This document shows positions 34,613 to 44,007 of a DNA stretch of 64,000 nucleotides, piece by piece (positions within the stretch are counted from its first letter, which is position 1; each line of letters opens with the position of its first letter). Origin of the DNA: an uncultured Clostridia bacterium. GTDB taxonomy: Bacteria > Bacillota > Clostridia > Christensenellales > CAG-917. Location of the stretch: the NCBI GenBank assembly GCA_949283145.1, contig CASDRL010000068.1, forward strand, positions 1,445 through 65,444, read 5' to 3'. A program made the translations under genes and the position numbers. The notes beneath the pieces are model-generated. The model made no database searches and was not told the DNA's origin. It saw only the letters and a list, made by a program, of their open reading frames with translations.

Positions 34613-35605
34613 TCAGTCGCGGTCGAGGAGGCGGACGGCGTTGATGCGGTCGCTTTCGTACATGTGTCCGTAGGTGTTGGTGACTTGTTCGAAGGAATCG
34701 CCGATGAGGGACGCGATGACGGCGAGATTTGCACCCTTGTGGATGAGCAGCGAGACATAGGAGTGCCTGAGGTCGTGGATCTTTATGCGCGGCACGCCTG
34801 CTGCGCGAGTGTAGACGTCGAAACGGCGGCGTATCGTGCTGTGCGGCAGATGCCCGCCGTCCTTGCCGCAGAAGAGGAAGTCGGCGGGGAGACCTCGTTC
34901 GCGCTTCCACGATATATATTCGTTGAGCGTTTTTTGCAGCGAGACGGGGAGGGGTACGGAGCGGCGCTTGCCCGTTTTGGTGGATTTTATCTCGAAGAAA
35001 GCGTCGGTGAGAGTCTGCTTGGAAAGGCTCTTGTCGATGTTGACCGCGCACCCGGTGTAGTCCTTTTCCTGCAATGCGAGCGTTTCGCCGATGCGGCAGC
35101 CCGTGTAATATTGGAAGGTGAAGAAGGCGCGCCACGTCATGTCGTCGACATGGGCTATGAATTTGCGGAACTCGGACACCTCCCAAAACGTCATGTTGCG
35201 TTCCGCGGCGCGGGTGCGGGGCATTTTGAGGGTGTACATGGGGTTTTCGACGGGATAGCGGGTGCTGCACCATGAAAAAAACGTGTAGAGCTGTCCCCAG
35301 ATGGAGCGCAGTGTGCGCGGGGCGTAGCCGCTCTTGCCGTCCCGGCGTTTTGCGACGAGCACTCCGTCGAACCACAGATAGATGTCGGACGGGCAGATCC
35401 CCGCAAGGTCTCTTTCGGCAAAAGCGGTATTGTAGAATTGCGCAAAGTAGCGCATCCTTTTGACGACAGTTTCTGCGGACGTGACGGCTTTGGAATATTC
35501 GATGTAAAGCGCCGCCGCGTCGCCGAACGACACGGTTTTTGCCGCGGATCTGCGTGTGCGTCGCGGCGATCTGATGTGTTCCGGAAACTTTCTCTGTTGT
35601 TTCAT
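34613..35605 (-). CDS. Tyrosine recombinase / phage-type integrase
   Basis: 330 aa. The C-terminal catalytic region is HDLRHSYVSLLIHKGANLAVIASLIGDSFEQVTNTYGHMY (R..HxxR..Y pattern). A strong GAAAGGAGAA RBS is present. Confidence 0.85.
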   Translation of the reverse strand: MKQQRKFPEHIRSPRRTRRSAAKTVSFGDAAALYIEYSKAVTSAETVVKRMRYFAQFYNTAFAERDLAGICPSDIYLWFDGVLVAKRRDGKSGYAPRTLRSIWGQLYTFFSWCSTRYPVENPMYTLKMPRTRAAERNMTFWEVSEFRKFIAHVDDMTWRAFFTFQYYTGCRIGETLALQEKDYTGCAVNIDKSLSKQTLTDAFFEIKSTKTGKRRSVPLPVSLQKTLNEYISWKRERGLPADFLFCGKDGGHLPHSTIRRRFDVYTRAAGVPRIKIHDLRHSYVSLLIHKGANLAVIASLIGDSFEQVTNTYGHMYESDRINAVRLLDRD

Positions 35606-35876
35606 TTTTTTTCTCCTTTCCCTTTAAGAATGCGAAAGATCGCGTAAGCACCGTAATTGTAAGGTAAAACGCGGGGTATTTCAACAAAAGTGAAAACCGT
35701 CCGGTTTTCTTCGCCGAAATGCCGTTTGGCAGCAAAGTCCGGCACAATATAGGGGAAGGGCGGAGAAGAGCGGCGCCGGGGGAGCCGGGGCAGTTTGCCG
35801 CATGAGCGGGCAGGGCGGGTTTTGATGAGAAACTGCGGGAAGGGACGGAGAGGCGGCGCGGCATCTTCCGGGCGGC

Positions 35877-35905
35877 AAAAAAAACCGCTCCCCGAAGGGA
35901 GCGGT
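35877..35905 (-). terminator. Rho-independent terminator of the GH18/lipoprotein operon
   Basis: On the minus strand: accgctccc ttcg gggagcggt followed by tttttttt. It lies 22 nt after the stop at 35928. Confidence 0.85.
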
Positions 35906-35927
35906 CATGTGGGAGATGTCGGCGGCG

Positions 35928-36896
35928 TCAGCCGAGGACGCTCTCCATCGTGGCGTCGTCGGGGAGGATGGTGTATTCCGCAGATGTCGAGACATTGCCC
36001 TCGATGCGGATCCCGTCCGTGATGACTTCTCTGAGATCCAGAGTGAGCTTGTTGCCAAGGACAGTGAAGCTGACCACTTTGTCGTCAAAGAGCTGTTTCA
36101 GCGTCATAGGGAAGAACTCGAGGTTGTAGACGAAGAAGAGGGCGTCTTCTATTGGCATGAACCCCGCGATGTCCTGCGAGGTGGTCATTGTCGAGAAGTT
36201 GCCGTCGTCGAATGTCACGGTGCCTGTGACGTCGCCGAAATCCACCCAGTCGTAGATCATGGGCATGATGTCGTATCCCGCGCCGTAGGCGAGGATGGGC
36301 GCGACCTGATCCAGGATCCACCTGAGGGAGTTGCCGCCGGGGATGAGATAGTCCTCGCCGTTCGCGCTCATCTCTTCGGGATCGTAGAAGGTGTTGGCGG
36401 CAAGGTCGAGCACGGGGATGGTCTCGTGCATGTCTTCCTCCGTGAAAGAGGAGGAGAGATTGAGGATGATGCCGAGCAGCCCGTTGCCGGAGAGAGAGAA
36501 GTCGATGATGCCGTCCTCTCCCTTTTCCGCGGTGAGGGTGATGCCGACGCCCTCTTTGAGCAAGTTCGCGATGTTGAGGGTGGAGTCTTCCGTCTGTATC
36601 TTGTCCGCATCGGGGACGACTACCGTCGCTTCATAATATATGCTGAAAGTGTCGCCGATGTAGACGCGCCAACCCGTGAGGTCGAGGTTCAGGTGCAGCG
36701 CGCCTTCCCCCGTACCGACGGTGGCGGTGATGGTGCCGGAGTCCATGCTCATCTTGTTGGCGGCGTTGTCCCACGCCTCTTTTGCGGAGACATAATTCGA
36801 CGCGACGTCGTTGCACGCGGTGAATGCAAAGAGGGAGACTAGGAGGCTTGCGAGCAATACTATTGCGATAATTGCCGTTTTAAGTGTGCGTTTCAT
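35928..36896 (-). CDS. Lipoprotein of unknown function (paralog of 38824-39798)
   Basis: 322 aa from MKRTLKTAIIAIVLLASLLVSLFAFTAC (lipobox), with a GGGAGG RBS. It is colinear with the other copy, for example DGNFSTMTTSQDI against DGNFKHMTTSQDI. Confidence 0.8.
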   Translation of the reverse strand: MKRTLKTAIIAIVLLASLLVSLFAFTACNDVASNYVSAKEAWDNAANKMSMDSGTITATVGTGEGALHLNLDLTGWRVYIGDTFSIYYEATVVVPDADKIQTEDSTLNIANLLKEGVGITLTAEKGEDGIIDFSLSGNGLLGIILNLSSSFTEEDMHETIPVLDLAANTFYDPEEMSANGEDYLIPGGNSLRWILDQVAPILAYGAGYDIMPMIYDWVDFGDVTGTVTFDDGNFSTMTTSQDIAGFMPIEDALFFVYNLEFFPMTLKQLFDDKVVSFTVLGNKLTLDLREVITDGIRIEGNVSTSAEYTILPDDATMESVLG

Positions 36897-36912
36897 ATCG
36901 TTTAACCTCCCG

Positions 36913-38580
36913 TTATGCTTTTTCACCGTATCCGGCGATCCTGTCGCAGGCGGTGTTGTAGATGGATCTCAATGCACTGAGCGGCATCCCGTTCCCGTCC
37001 ACGGCGTCCCAGGCGTAGTCCGTGCTCTCGCGCCAGAGCATGACCCCCGCAAAGCTCTGTTCGATGACGTAGGCGGTCTTGTCCGCGATGAGCGCCGCGC
37101 CGTTCACCCACACCTGCATGAACTCGTTGTCGTATTCTATGCTCCCGTCGAGGTTGGTGCCGTCGTAGTAGAGCCATTGGACATTGTCCCAATAGGTGTA
37201 GGGGGCTTTGTCCTGCGTCGAATAGACGGTGTCGCCGTAGCCGTAGTTCGTCCACACGGTGTCCCAGCTCGTCGGTCTGCCGTAGAGGGGGATGCCGAGA
37301 ACCAGCTGCGAGGGCTTGAAGCCGATGTTGACGAAGTAGCGCATGGAAGAGTACGCTCCGCTGCGGAAGGAGGAGTGGTTGCCGTCCACGATGTCGAAGC
37401 GGTCGTAAGCCATCATCTGCACGAAGTCCACCGCGTCGATGTGCTCCTGCGTGAGGGTGACGCTGCTTGCGGACAGTGCGAGAGAAATGTATTTTTCTTT
37501 GTTTGCGGCATCGAGAGCTTCATCAACACGCAGGATCAAGTCGCCGTAATATTGCCACTCCGCGGCGTTCGAAGGGTATTCCCAGTCGAAATCTATGCCG
37601 TCTATGCGGTCGTCCTGCGCTACGAACGAAGTGATGTTTTCCATCAGCGCATCCATGTTTCCTGGCAGCCCGTGATCGAAATTGCCGTCTTTATCTTTGA
37701 TCGGGAAGAGGTCGAGGCAGACGTTGATGCCGTACTTTTCGGCTATGGCGTGCACTCGAGAGACGATGCTTTCGTAATAGGCTGGATCTTCCGTGTATTG
37801 ATCCATATAGTTGGAGTTGTCCGGCTTTATCTCATATGTCGCGGGATCGGCGGCAAAAATGAGACTTCCGTCAGGCTCCCAAAATGCGAGGGATATGAGG
37901 ATGACATCCGTTATTACGCCACGCGCGAGTTCTGCATCAAGAGCTTCATCGGACAATGCCGCAAGATCGCTTGCGGCGTAATAATTGAAGACACGGAACT
38001 CTTGTTCGTACTCTTTCTCTGCGATGTCGTAGACTTCCACTTCCGCGATCGAAAGCGTTTTGCCCGCGTCCGTCCCGCCGAACCAGATGCGGAACTCGGT
38101 GACGCCCGTCTGCCTCTCGAAGGTGCAGTAGCGGTAGCGTTCTATCCTGTCCTGCTGGCGGTAGAAGGAGGCGGCTCTCATGTCGGCGGGGTAGTCACCG
38201 TTTTCGTCCGGAAGGACAAAGCCGAAGCCCGAGATGTAGTTGCCGTTCTCGCGCAGGACGACGGTGTTGAAAGAGACGGGCTCAGAGAACGTGATCTCGA
38301 GGAATTGCCCCGAGGTGTTCTCCGCAGTCCAAGCGGTCTCCGTGCTGCCGTCCAGGACGTTTGCCGCGGTCTCCGCCGCGCTCGACGCGGTGATCTGCGC
38401 ACCCGCGGTGAGGTCTTCGGCGTCCACGGTGTCGAGGTCGTTCGTGAACTTGTCGGGGTAGGGCTCGACGCCCATCGAACCGACGCCGACATTCTTGTTG
38501 CAGGCGACAAAAAGCACTCCCGCGACAAGCAGGAGAACGAGCGTCGCCGCGATCATTGCGACCGGTCTTTTCTTCTTCAT
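36913..38580 (-). CDS. GH18-family glycoside hydrolase lipoprotein with N-terminal discoidin-like domain
   Basis: 555 aa. The lipobox is LFVAC and the GH18 catalytic motif is DGIDFDWEYP. The N-terminal ...VLDGSTETAWTAENTSGQFLEITF... is F5/8 type C-like. Confidence 0.8.
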   Translation of the reverse strand: MKKKRPVAMIAATLVLLLVAGVLFVACNKNVGVGSMGVEPYPDKFTNDLDTVDAEDLTAGAQITASSAAETAANVLDGSTETAWTAENTSGQFLEITFSEPVSFNTVVLRENGNYISGFGFVLPDENGDYPADMRAASFYRQQDRIERYRYCTFERQTGVTEFRIWFGGTDAGKTLSIAEVEVYDIAEKEYEQEFRVFNYYAASDLAALSDEALDAELARGVITDVILISLAFWEPDGSLIFAADPATYEIKPDNSNYMDQYTEDPAYYESIVSRVHAIAEKYGINVCLDLFPIKDKDGNFDHGLPGNMDALMENITSFVAQDDRIDGIDFDWEYPSNAAEWQYYGDLILRVDEALDAANKEKYISLALSASSVTLTQEHIDAVDFVQMMAYDRFDIVDGNHSSFRSGAYSSMRYFVNIGFKPSQLVLGIPLYGRPTSWDTVWTNYGYGDTVYSTQDKAPYTYWDNVQWLYYDGTNLDGSIEYDNEFMQVWVNGAALIADKTAYVIEQSFAGVMLWRESTDYAWDAVDGNGMPLSALRSIYNTACDRIAGYGEKA

Positions 38581-38823
38581 AGACTGCTCCCAAAAGCGTA
38601 CCGCCTCGGCGGTACAACTTATGATAACACGGGAAAGGGCGCGTTTTCAATAACTAATTTCTTTATTAGGATGATTAAAAACGAAAGGAATACTCTTGCT
38701 AGCGGAAACGGAAAAAATGCGGGGGCGCATGGCACCCGCGCGGGAGCAAACCGCCGTGAATGAAGAGCGGAAAAAGGAAAGCGCGCACCCGAAGGTGCGC
38801 GCATGATGTCGTTTGAGAGTGCC

Positions 38824-39798
38824 TTAGACTACAACGATTCCGACATGATCGGCGTAGTCCTCCGCGATCTGCTCGAAGGTCGCGTCCGAGGAGAGCAGAG
38901 AATAGTCCGCCTCCGAGCTCACCGTCGCGGTGAGACCGATGCCTTCCGCAAATTCGTCCACGGCGTCTATGGTGAGCGTGATCGTGAGACCGCCGGCGTT
39001 GATGGGGATGGCGAGCTTGTGGCTCTCGAAGAACTCGATCACGAGGTCGGGGAAATTGTCCACATTATAGGCGAGAAAATCCGCGTCCTCGTCGGGGATC
39101 AGCAGCTCGATGTCCTGCGAAGTGGTCATATGCTTGAAGTTGCCGTCCTCGATGCTCACGCTGCCCTTGACATCCCCGAGGGTGAGCCAGCTTTCCAGCA
39201 TGGGCAGCACGTCGAATCCGAAGTTGAGAGAGAGGATGGGTGCTATCTGATAGAGGATGTACCCCAGAGAATCCGCCGCGGGAATGGTGAAGTCGTCCGC
39301 ACTGCCGGAGATGCTGCCCGCATCGTAGAAGGTGTTGTCCGCGAAGTCAAAGACGGGCAGATAATCGGCGATGACGCTTTCCGCAACGGAAGTTGAGAGC
39401 AGGTCCATCCCTAAGGCACTGAGCGAGATGCCGATCGTGCCGTCCGCGGTGCGGCGCACTTCTATCTCCGCGCCGGAGATCAGGCTGCCGAGGGCGACGA
39501 CGGAATCGAGCCCGCTTGCGTTAAGTTGATAATGCATCACCCATTCATCGCCGAGATAAGCGCGGTAGCCGGAGAGCGCAAGCGTCACGGGAGAGGCGCC
39601 CTCGCCAAATCCTATCTTGCCGTCGATGACGACGGAATCGGTGACGATCTTGTTTTCGGCAGAATACCAATTTTGCTGCGCTTTTGCGTAAGAAGCCTCG
39701 ACGGCTTTGTTGCAGGCGGTGAAGAGCAGGGCGGAGACCGCAAGGCAGACAAGCAGCATTGTTGCGACGATCAGAAGTTTAACGTTGCGTTTTTTCAT
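38824..39798 (-). CDS. Lipoprotein of unknown function (paralog of 35928-36896)
   Basis: 324 aa, MKKRNVKLLIVATMLLVCLAVSALLFTAC (lipobox). It is colinear with the other copy. Confidence 0.8.
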   Translation of the reverse strand: MKKRNVKLLIVATMLLVCLAVSALLFTACNKAVEASYAKAQQNWYSAENKIVTDSVVIDGKIGFGEGASPVTLALSGYRAYLGDEWVMHYQLNASGLDSVVALGSLISGAEIEVRRTADGTIGISLSALGMDLLSTSVAESVIADYLPVFDFADNTFYDAGSISGSADDFTIPAADSLGYILYQIAPILSLNFGFDVLPMLESWLTLGDVKGSVSIEDGNFKHMTTSQDIELLIPDEDADFLAYNVDNFPDLVIEFFESHKLAIPINAGGLTITLTIDAVDEFAEGIGLTATVSSEADYSLLSSDATFEQIAEDYADHVGIVVV

Positions 39799-39810
39799 GA
39801 TAAACCCTCC

Positions 39811-41340
39811 TTATTGCGCAATGCGCTCCTCAATGGCTTTGCCGATGGCGCCCATGACGCTGCGGTCGTCGTCAAAGGGATAGTCGATGAGATTGCGGAA
39901 GACCATGACGCCCGCGAAGTCCTGTTCGATGGCGTATGCCGTCTTGTCGTAAGCCATCGCTCCGCCCGTGACGTACACCTTCATGTCGGTGCCGCCGTAG
40001 GTGAGATACTGCACATTGTCCCACTTGGTGAACTCCTGCGTCCTGTCCTCGTTTGCCCAGACATTGCCGCCGTCGTGATAATAGTTTGTCCAATATTCAC
40101 CCACGGTCTCGTTGTCCGGTCTGCCGTAGGCGGGCATTCCCGCGACGAGCTGTGAGGGCTTGAAGCCGAGGTTGATGAAGTAGCGCATGGGCAGGTACGC
40201 TCCGCTGCGGAATGAGGCGTTGTTGCCGTCCGGGTCGAAGCGGTCGTAACCCATGATCTGCACATAGTCGATGCCCGCGATCTGCTCCTCGGTGAAGCCG
40301 ACGTTGAAGTTGGAGAGCGCGACGGAGACATATCTGCCTTCCCCGCCGATCTCTTCTTTGAGGGCGAGCATCATATCGCCGTAAGCCACCCATTCCGCGG
40401 TGTTGGTGGGATACTCCCAGTCGAATTCCACGCCGTCGATGCCGAGGTCTCTCACGAGCTCCGCGATGTTTGCGACGAGGTTTTCGGTGCAGCCGGGCAG
40501 CCCGTGTTCCGCCTTATTGCCGGGGAGGATGTCCAGGCAGATCCTGACATCGGGGTTGATCCCCTCGATGAATTCGATGACGCTTTCGAGATACGCGGTG
40601 GAAGTGGGGTCGTAGTCCTCGGCGTTCTTGTCCTCCTGCGTGAAGGTGAGGTTGCCGTCCTTGTCCCAGTAGACGTACTCAAAGAGGATGAGGTCGGTGA
40701 TGACGCCGAGTTGTTTGGCAAGCTCGGTCTTGTCGAGCGCGGGAGACTTGAAGTCGTTCACGTTGTAGTAGGCGAACACTCTGAACTCTTCCGCGTAAGT
40801 CTTGGGCGCGACATTGTACACTTCCACTTCCGCGACGGAGATCTCTCTGCCTTCGTTCACGCCGTCGATGACGATGCGGATGCTGTCCGTTTCAACGGCG
40901 TCGAAGGTGCAGTAGCGGTAGCGCTCCATCCTGTCCTGACGGTAGATCTCTTTCCAGCCGTCGCCGTCCGGCACCTCGAAGCGGAAACCGGTGATGTAGT
41001 TGCCGTTCTCGCGCAGCACTACGGTGTTGACGGTCACCGTTTTGCCGAAGGAGAGCAGGATGCTTTCTCCCGTCGCGTTTTCCGCCGTCCACGCGGTGTC
41101 CTTGTCCCCGTCGATGAGTGCGGACGCATTCTCTTCCGCGCTTGTGACGGTGACCTGCGCTTCCGCGGCGAGGTTGTCGGAGTCCACGGTGTCGATGTCG
41201 TCGGTGAAGATATTCTCCGGTCTTTCGACGCCTTTGCCCGTGACGCCCGCTTTGTCGTTGCATGCGACGAGCACGGGAAGAACCGCCGTGATGAGCAGCG
41301 CCGCCATCACGAGCAGAGCGATGATTTTCTTTTTGGCCAT
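39811..41340 (-). CDS. GH18-family glycoside hydrolase lipoprotein (paralog of 36913-38580)
   Basis: 509 aa. The lipobox is VLVAC and the catalytic motif is DGVEFDWEYP. It has the same N-terminal discoidin-like block (LIDGDKDTAWTAENATGESILLSF). Confidence 0.8.
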   Translation of the reverse strand: MAKKKIIALLVMAALLITAVLPVLVACNDKAGVTGKGVERPENIFTDDIDTVDSDNLAAEAQVTVTSAEENASALIDGDKDTAWTAENATGESILLSFGKTVTVNTVVLRENGNYITGFRFEVPDGDGWKEIYRQDRMERYRYCTFDAVETDSIRIVIDGVNEGREISVAEVEVYNVAPKTYAEEFRVFAYYNVNDFKSPALDKTELAKQLGVITDLILFEYVYWDKDGNLTFTQEDKNAEDYDPTSTAYLESVIEFIEGINPDVRICLDILPGNKAEHGLPGCTENLVANIAELVRDLGIDGVEFDWEYPTNTAEWVAYGDMMLALKEEIGGEGRYVSVALSNFNVGFTEEQIAGIDYVQIMGYDRFDPDGNNASFRSGAYLPMRYFINLGFKPSQLVAGMPAYGRPDNETVGEYWTNYYHDGGNVWANEDRTQEFTKWDNVQYLTYGGTDMKVYVTGGAMAYDKTAYAIEQDFAGVMVFRNLIDYPFDDDRSVMGAIGKAIEERIAQ

Positions 41341-41622
41341 ATAAGCCCCCTTAAAATTGATAAAAGGACAAAGGCCCTCTTAAGCCTTTGTCCCCGCCGA
41401 TACTATAACATCGGGAGGCGGAAGTGTCAACCGTGCGCTCTCCAACCTTAAAATCCGCATAAAAATTATAAATGTTTTATTCGTGTGCGCAGCGTGCGCG
41501 GAGCGCGGGCGCAAATTTTTTGAAATGCTTGCGCTCGGCGGCGGGTGTAGTATAATTGAGTTGAGCGCGGCGGGCGTTCCTGCGGGAGATATCCGCGACG
41601 CCTTCGCGCGGCAGAGGAAGAT

Positions 41623-42936
41623 ATGAAAAAGTACGCAAAGACGGTATATGCAAACTGCACCCTGGTCGACGTCAAGTCCGACTGCGCGCTTGTCAAGAAC
41701 ACGGACATCTTCGTCGAGGACGGCAAGATCGTGAAGATCGCGCCCGCGGGCGGCGACAGGACGGGATGGGAAGTCTATGACGCGTCCGGCAAATTCGCGA
41801 TGCCCGGTCTCGTCAACGCGCACGCGCACCTCTTCGGGACGGGCTTGCCCAGCAAGGTCATCTCGGGCGGCGGCGCGCAGAAGCTGGTGCTGAAACTGGT
41901 GCACAGTCCTCTCGGGATGGCTGTCCTGAAAATGCTGGTCGCTTCCGCCTGCGCGCAGGAGCTGAACTCCGGCGTGACCACGCTGAGGGGACTCGGAGAT
42001 TTCCGCGGTTCGGACATCGCGGTGCGCGACGCGCTGAAAAAGGGCAAAGGAAAGGCGGCGGGACTTGACCTCATCGTGTCGGGGCCTGCCATCACCGCTC
42101 CCGGCGGACACGGGGACGGGACTTTCGCGCTCACCGCGTCCACTCCGGAGGAATTTGCGGCGCTCGCGGCGCAGAACGCGGAGAACGGCGCCGACCTCAT
42201 CAAGATTTGCATCACGGGCGGCGTGACGGACGCCAAGAAGAAGGGCGAGCCCGGCGAAGTCAAGATGACGGCGGAGCAGATCAAAGCCGCCTGCGACAAA
42301 GCGCACGCTCTCGGCAAGAGGGTGGCGGCGCACATCCAGAGCCCGAAAGGTGTGGAACTTGCGGCGTTGAACGGCGTCGACACCGTGGAACACGGAGCGC
42401 ACATGAGCGAGGAGGCGGCTGCCGCCCTGAAAGCCCGCGGCGGCGCGGTGGTGGCGACTTACACTCCCGCTTATCCCTATTACAAACTCCCTCCCGAGGT
42501 CACCAAGCTCGACGAGGTGCGCAGGTTCAACTCCGGCATAGTGCTGGACGCGATGACGCAATGCGTCCGCGACGCCTACGCCCACGGCATCACGGTGGCG
42601 ATGGGCACGGACGCTTCCTGCCCCTTCTCCACGCAGACTGGGATGTGGCGCGAGGTGATCTATTTCGCGAAGCTGGGCGGTTTCGGCGCGAAAGCGGCGC
42701 TCTATGCGGCGACGATGGGCGGCGCGGCGGCGGTCGGGCAGAGCGACAAAGTGGGCTCTCTCGAAGAGGGCAAACGCGCGGACATCCTCATCCTTTCCGA
42801 GAACCCCGTCGAACATCTCGAGACTTTGCGCGACCCCGTTGCGGTCGTTGCGGGAGGCAGGCTCATCGCCCGTCCCGCGCCCAAGCGCAACGAGAAGATA
42901 GAATCCGTCCTTGACGGACTGATGAAGGAGATCTGA
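41623..42936 (+). CDS. Amidohydrolase-family metal-dependent hydrolase
   Basis: 437 aa. HxH metal motif GLVNAHAHLF, then later VAAH.. and VEHGAH, and ..GTDAS. The overall pattern matches the amidohydrolase superfamily. Confidence 0.75.
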   Translation: MKKYAKTVYANCTLVDVKSDCALVKNTDIFVEDGKIVKIAPAGGDRTGWEVYDASGKFAMPGLVNAHAHLFGTGLPSKVISGGGAQKLVLKLVHSPLGMAVLKMLVASACAQELNSGVTTLRGLGDFRGSDIAVRDALKKGKGKAAGLDLIVSGPAITAPGGHGDGTFALTASTPEEFAALAAQNAENGADLIKICITGGVTDAKKKGEPGEVKMTAEQIKAACDKAHALGKRVAAHIQSPKGVELAALNGVDTVEHGAHMSEEAAAALKARGGAVVATYTPAYPYYKLPPEVTKLDEVRRFNSGIVLDAMTQCVRDAYAHGITVAMGTDASCPFSTQTGMWREVIYFAKLGGFGAKAALYAATMGGAAAVGQSDKVGSLEEGKRADILILSENPVEHLETLRDPVAVVAGGRLIARPAPKRNEKIESVLDGLMKEI

Positions 42937-43899
42937 ATGACTTATGCCATCGACACGGAAGAATTTATCGAGATCAACGGTGACAGACAGAACATCCGCA
43001 TCCGCGCGGCGAAGGAGGGCTTGCCCGTCGTGCTCTTCGTGCACGGCGGACCCGGCGTGTGCGACAGGCACAACGTGCTTGGCTATCACTCCGACCTTGC
43101 CGAAAAGTTCACCCTCGTGTGCTGGGATCAGCGCGGGAGCGGCAAAAGCTACACCCCCGCCATCCGCAAGCGCACCCCGAAGGTGTCTGAGTATGTGGAC
43201 GACATCCTCTTCCTCGCGGAGTATCTCGCGGGACGCTTCCGCGTGCGCAGGATCGCCCTCGTCGGGCACAGTTGGGGCTCCATCATCGGCGTGCTCGCAG
43301 TGAGCAAACGCCCCGATCTCTTCTTCGCTTATGTCGGAGAAGGGCAGTTCGTGGACGGCGACCGCAATGAGGAAGGCTCCTACCGCTTCTGCCTGGAAGA
43401 GGCAAAAAAGCGCGGGGACAAGAAAGCGCTCGCGGCGCTCGAAAAGGGCGCGCCCGTGGACGGAGTCTATCCCGACAACAAGAGCATGATGACCCAGCGC
43501 GACTGTCTTTCCCGCTACGGCGGCGCCATCTACCGCGGCAAACAGGGGCTGGTCAAAGGGCTGCTGATGCCCCTCCTTAAAACGAAGGAATACACCCTCG
43601 CGGACATCGTGAAATACGCGCAGGGCGCGACCTATCTCTCCGATGTCATGTGGTCGGACGTGGTGGGACAGCGGCTGAGCGCGATAAAGCGCCTCGACGT
43701 CCCCGTCGTCATCACGCAGGGCAGACATGACTACAACACCCCGTCTGCCATCGCGCGGGAATGGTTCGACGCCCTTGAAGCCCCGTCCAAGACCTGGGTA
43801 TGGTTTGAAGACTCCGCCCATTCCCCCGACATCGAAGAACCCGAAAAATGGAGCGCCGTGCTCTCAGCGGAACTTTCTAAGCTATCCGAACGGAATTAA
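42937..43899 (+). CDS. Alpha/beta hydrolase, proline iminopeptidase-like
   Basis: 320 aa. The oxyanion motif is FVHGGPG and the nucleophile elbow is GHSWGS. The start is adjacent to the amidohydrolase stop. Confidence 0.75.
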   Translation: MTYAIDTEEFIEINGDRQNIRIRAAKEGLPVVLFVHGGPGVCDRHNVLGYHSDLAEKFTLVCWDQRGSGKSYTPAIRKRTPKVSEYVDDILFLAEYLAGRFRVRRIALVGHSWGSIIGVLAVSKRPDLFFAYVGEGQFVDGDRNEEGSYRFCLEEAKKRGDKKALAALEKGAPVDGVYPDNKSMMTQRDCLSRYGGAIYRGKQGLVKGLLMPLLKTKEYTLADIVKYAQGATYLSDVMWSDVVGQRLSAIKRLDVPVVITQGRHDYNTPSAIAREWFDALEAPSKTWVWFEDSAHSPDIEEPEKWSAVLSAELSKLSERN

Positions 43900-43900
43900 A

Positions 43901-43996
43901 AAACATCCTGCCCGTGCAGCTTGCACGGGCAGGATGTTTATAAAAGCGCGGAGGGGCGCTCCGCGCTTTTGCGGCGCGCTTTGCGCGCCTTTTTTT
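43901..43996. terminator. Cluster of three hairpins between convergent genes (bidirectional termination)
   Basis: An 18-bp hairpin (aaacatcctgcccgtgca/tgcacgggcaggatgttt) is flanked by A6 on the left, which gives a T-run for the minus strand. A second hairpin is aaaagcgcgga/tccgcgctttt. The third, ggcgcgc/gcgcgcc followed by ttttttt, serves the plus strand. Confidence 0.8.
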
Positions 43997-44007
43997 AGAT
44001 ATCACAA

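Noticed and set aside
34613-35605. The tyrosine recombinase as the integrase of the tRNA-Val island.
   Set aside because: It lies about 15.5 kb beyond the right-hand repeat, separated from it by the host-like, GC-rich rhamnose locus. Nothing links it to the tRNA att repeats.
41380-43821. An 813-aa minus-strand ORF, with similar giant ORFs at 55976-58309 (-), 36811-38763 (+), 32173-33924 (-), 62091-63845 (-), 58498-60051 (-), 21162-22610 (+), 47194-48471 (-), 1981-3159 (-) and 52146-53405 (-).
   Set aside because: Each is the antisense shadow of genes with clear family signatures on the other strand (amidohydrolase/hydrolase, guaB/folD, GH18, UvrD, HAD subunits, rhaA, purM, mtaB, purL). Their compositions are Arg/Gly/His/Asp-rich and lack motifs, RBSs or sensible starts.
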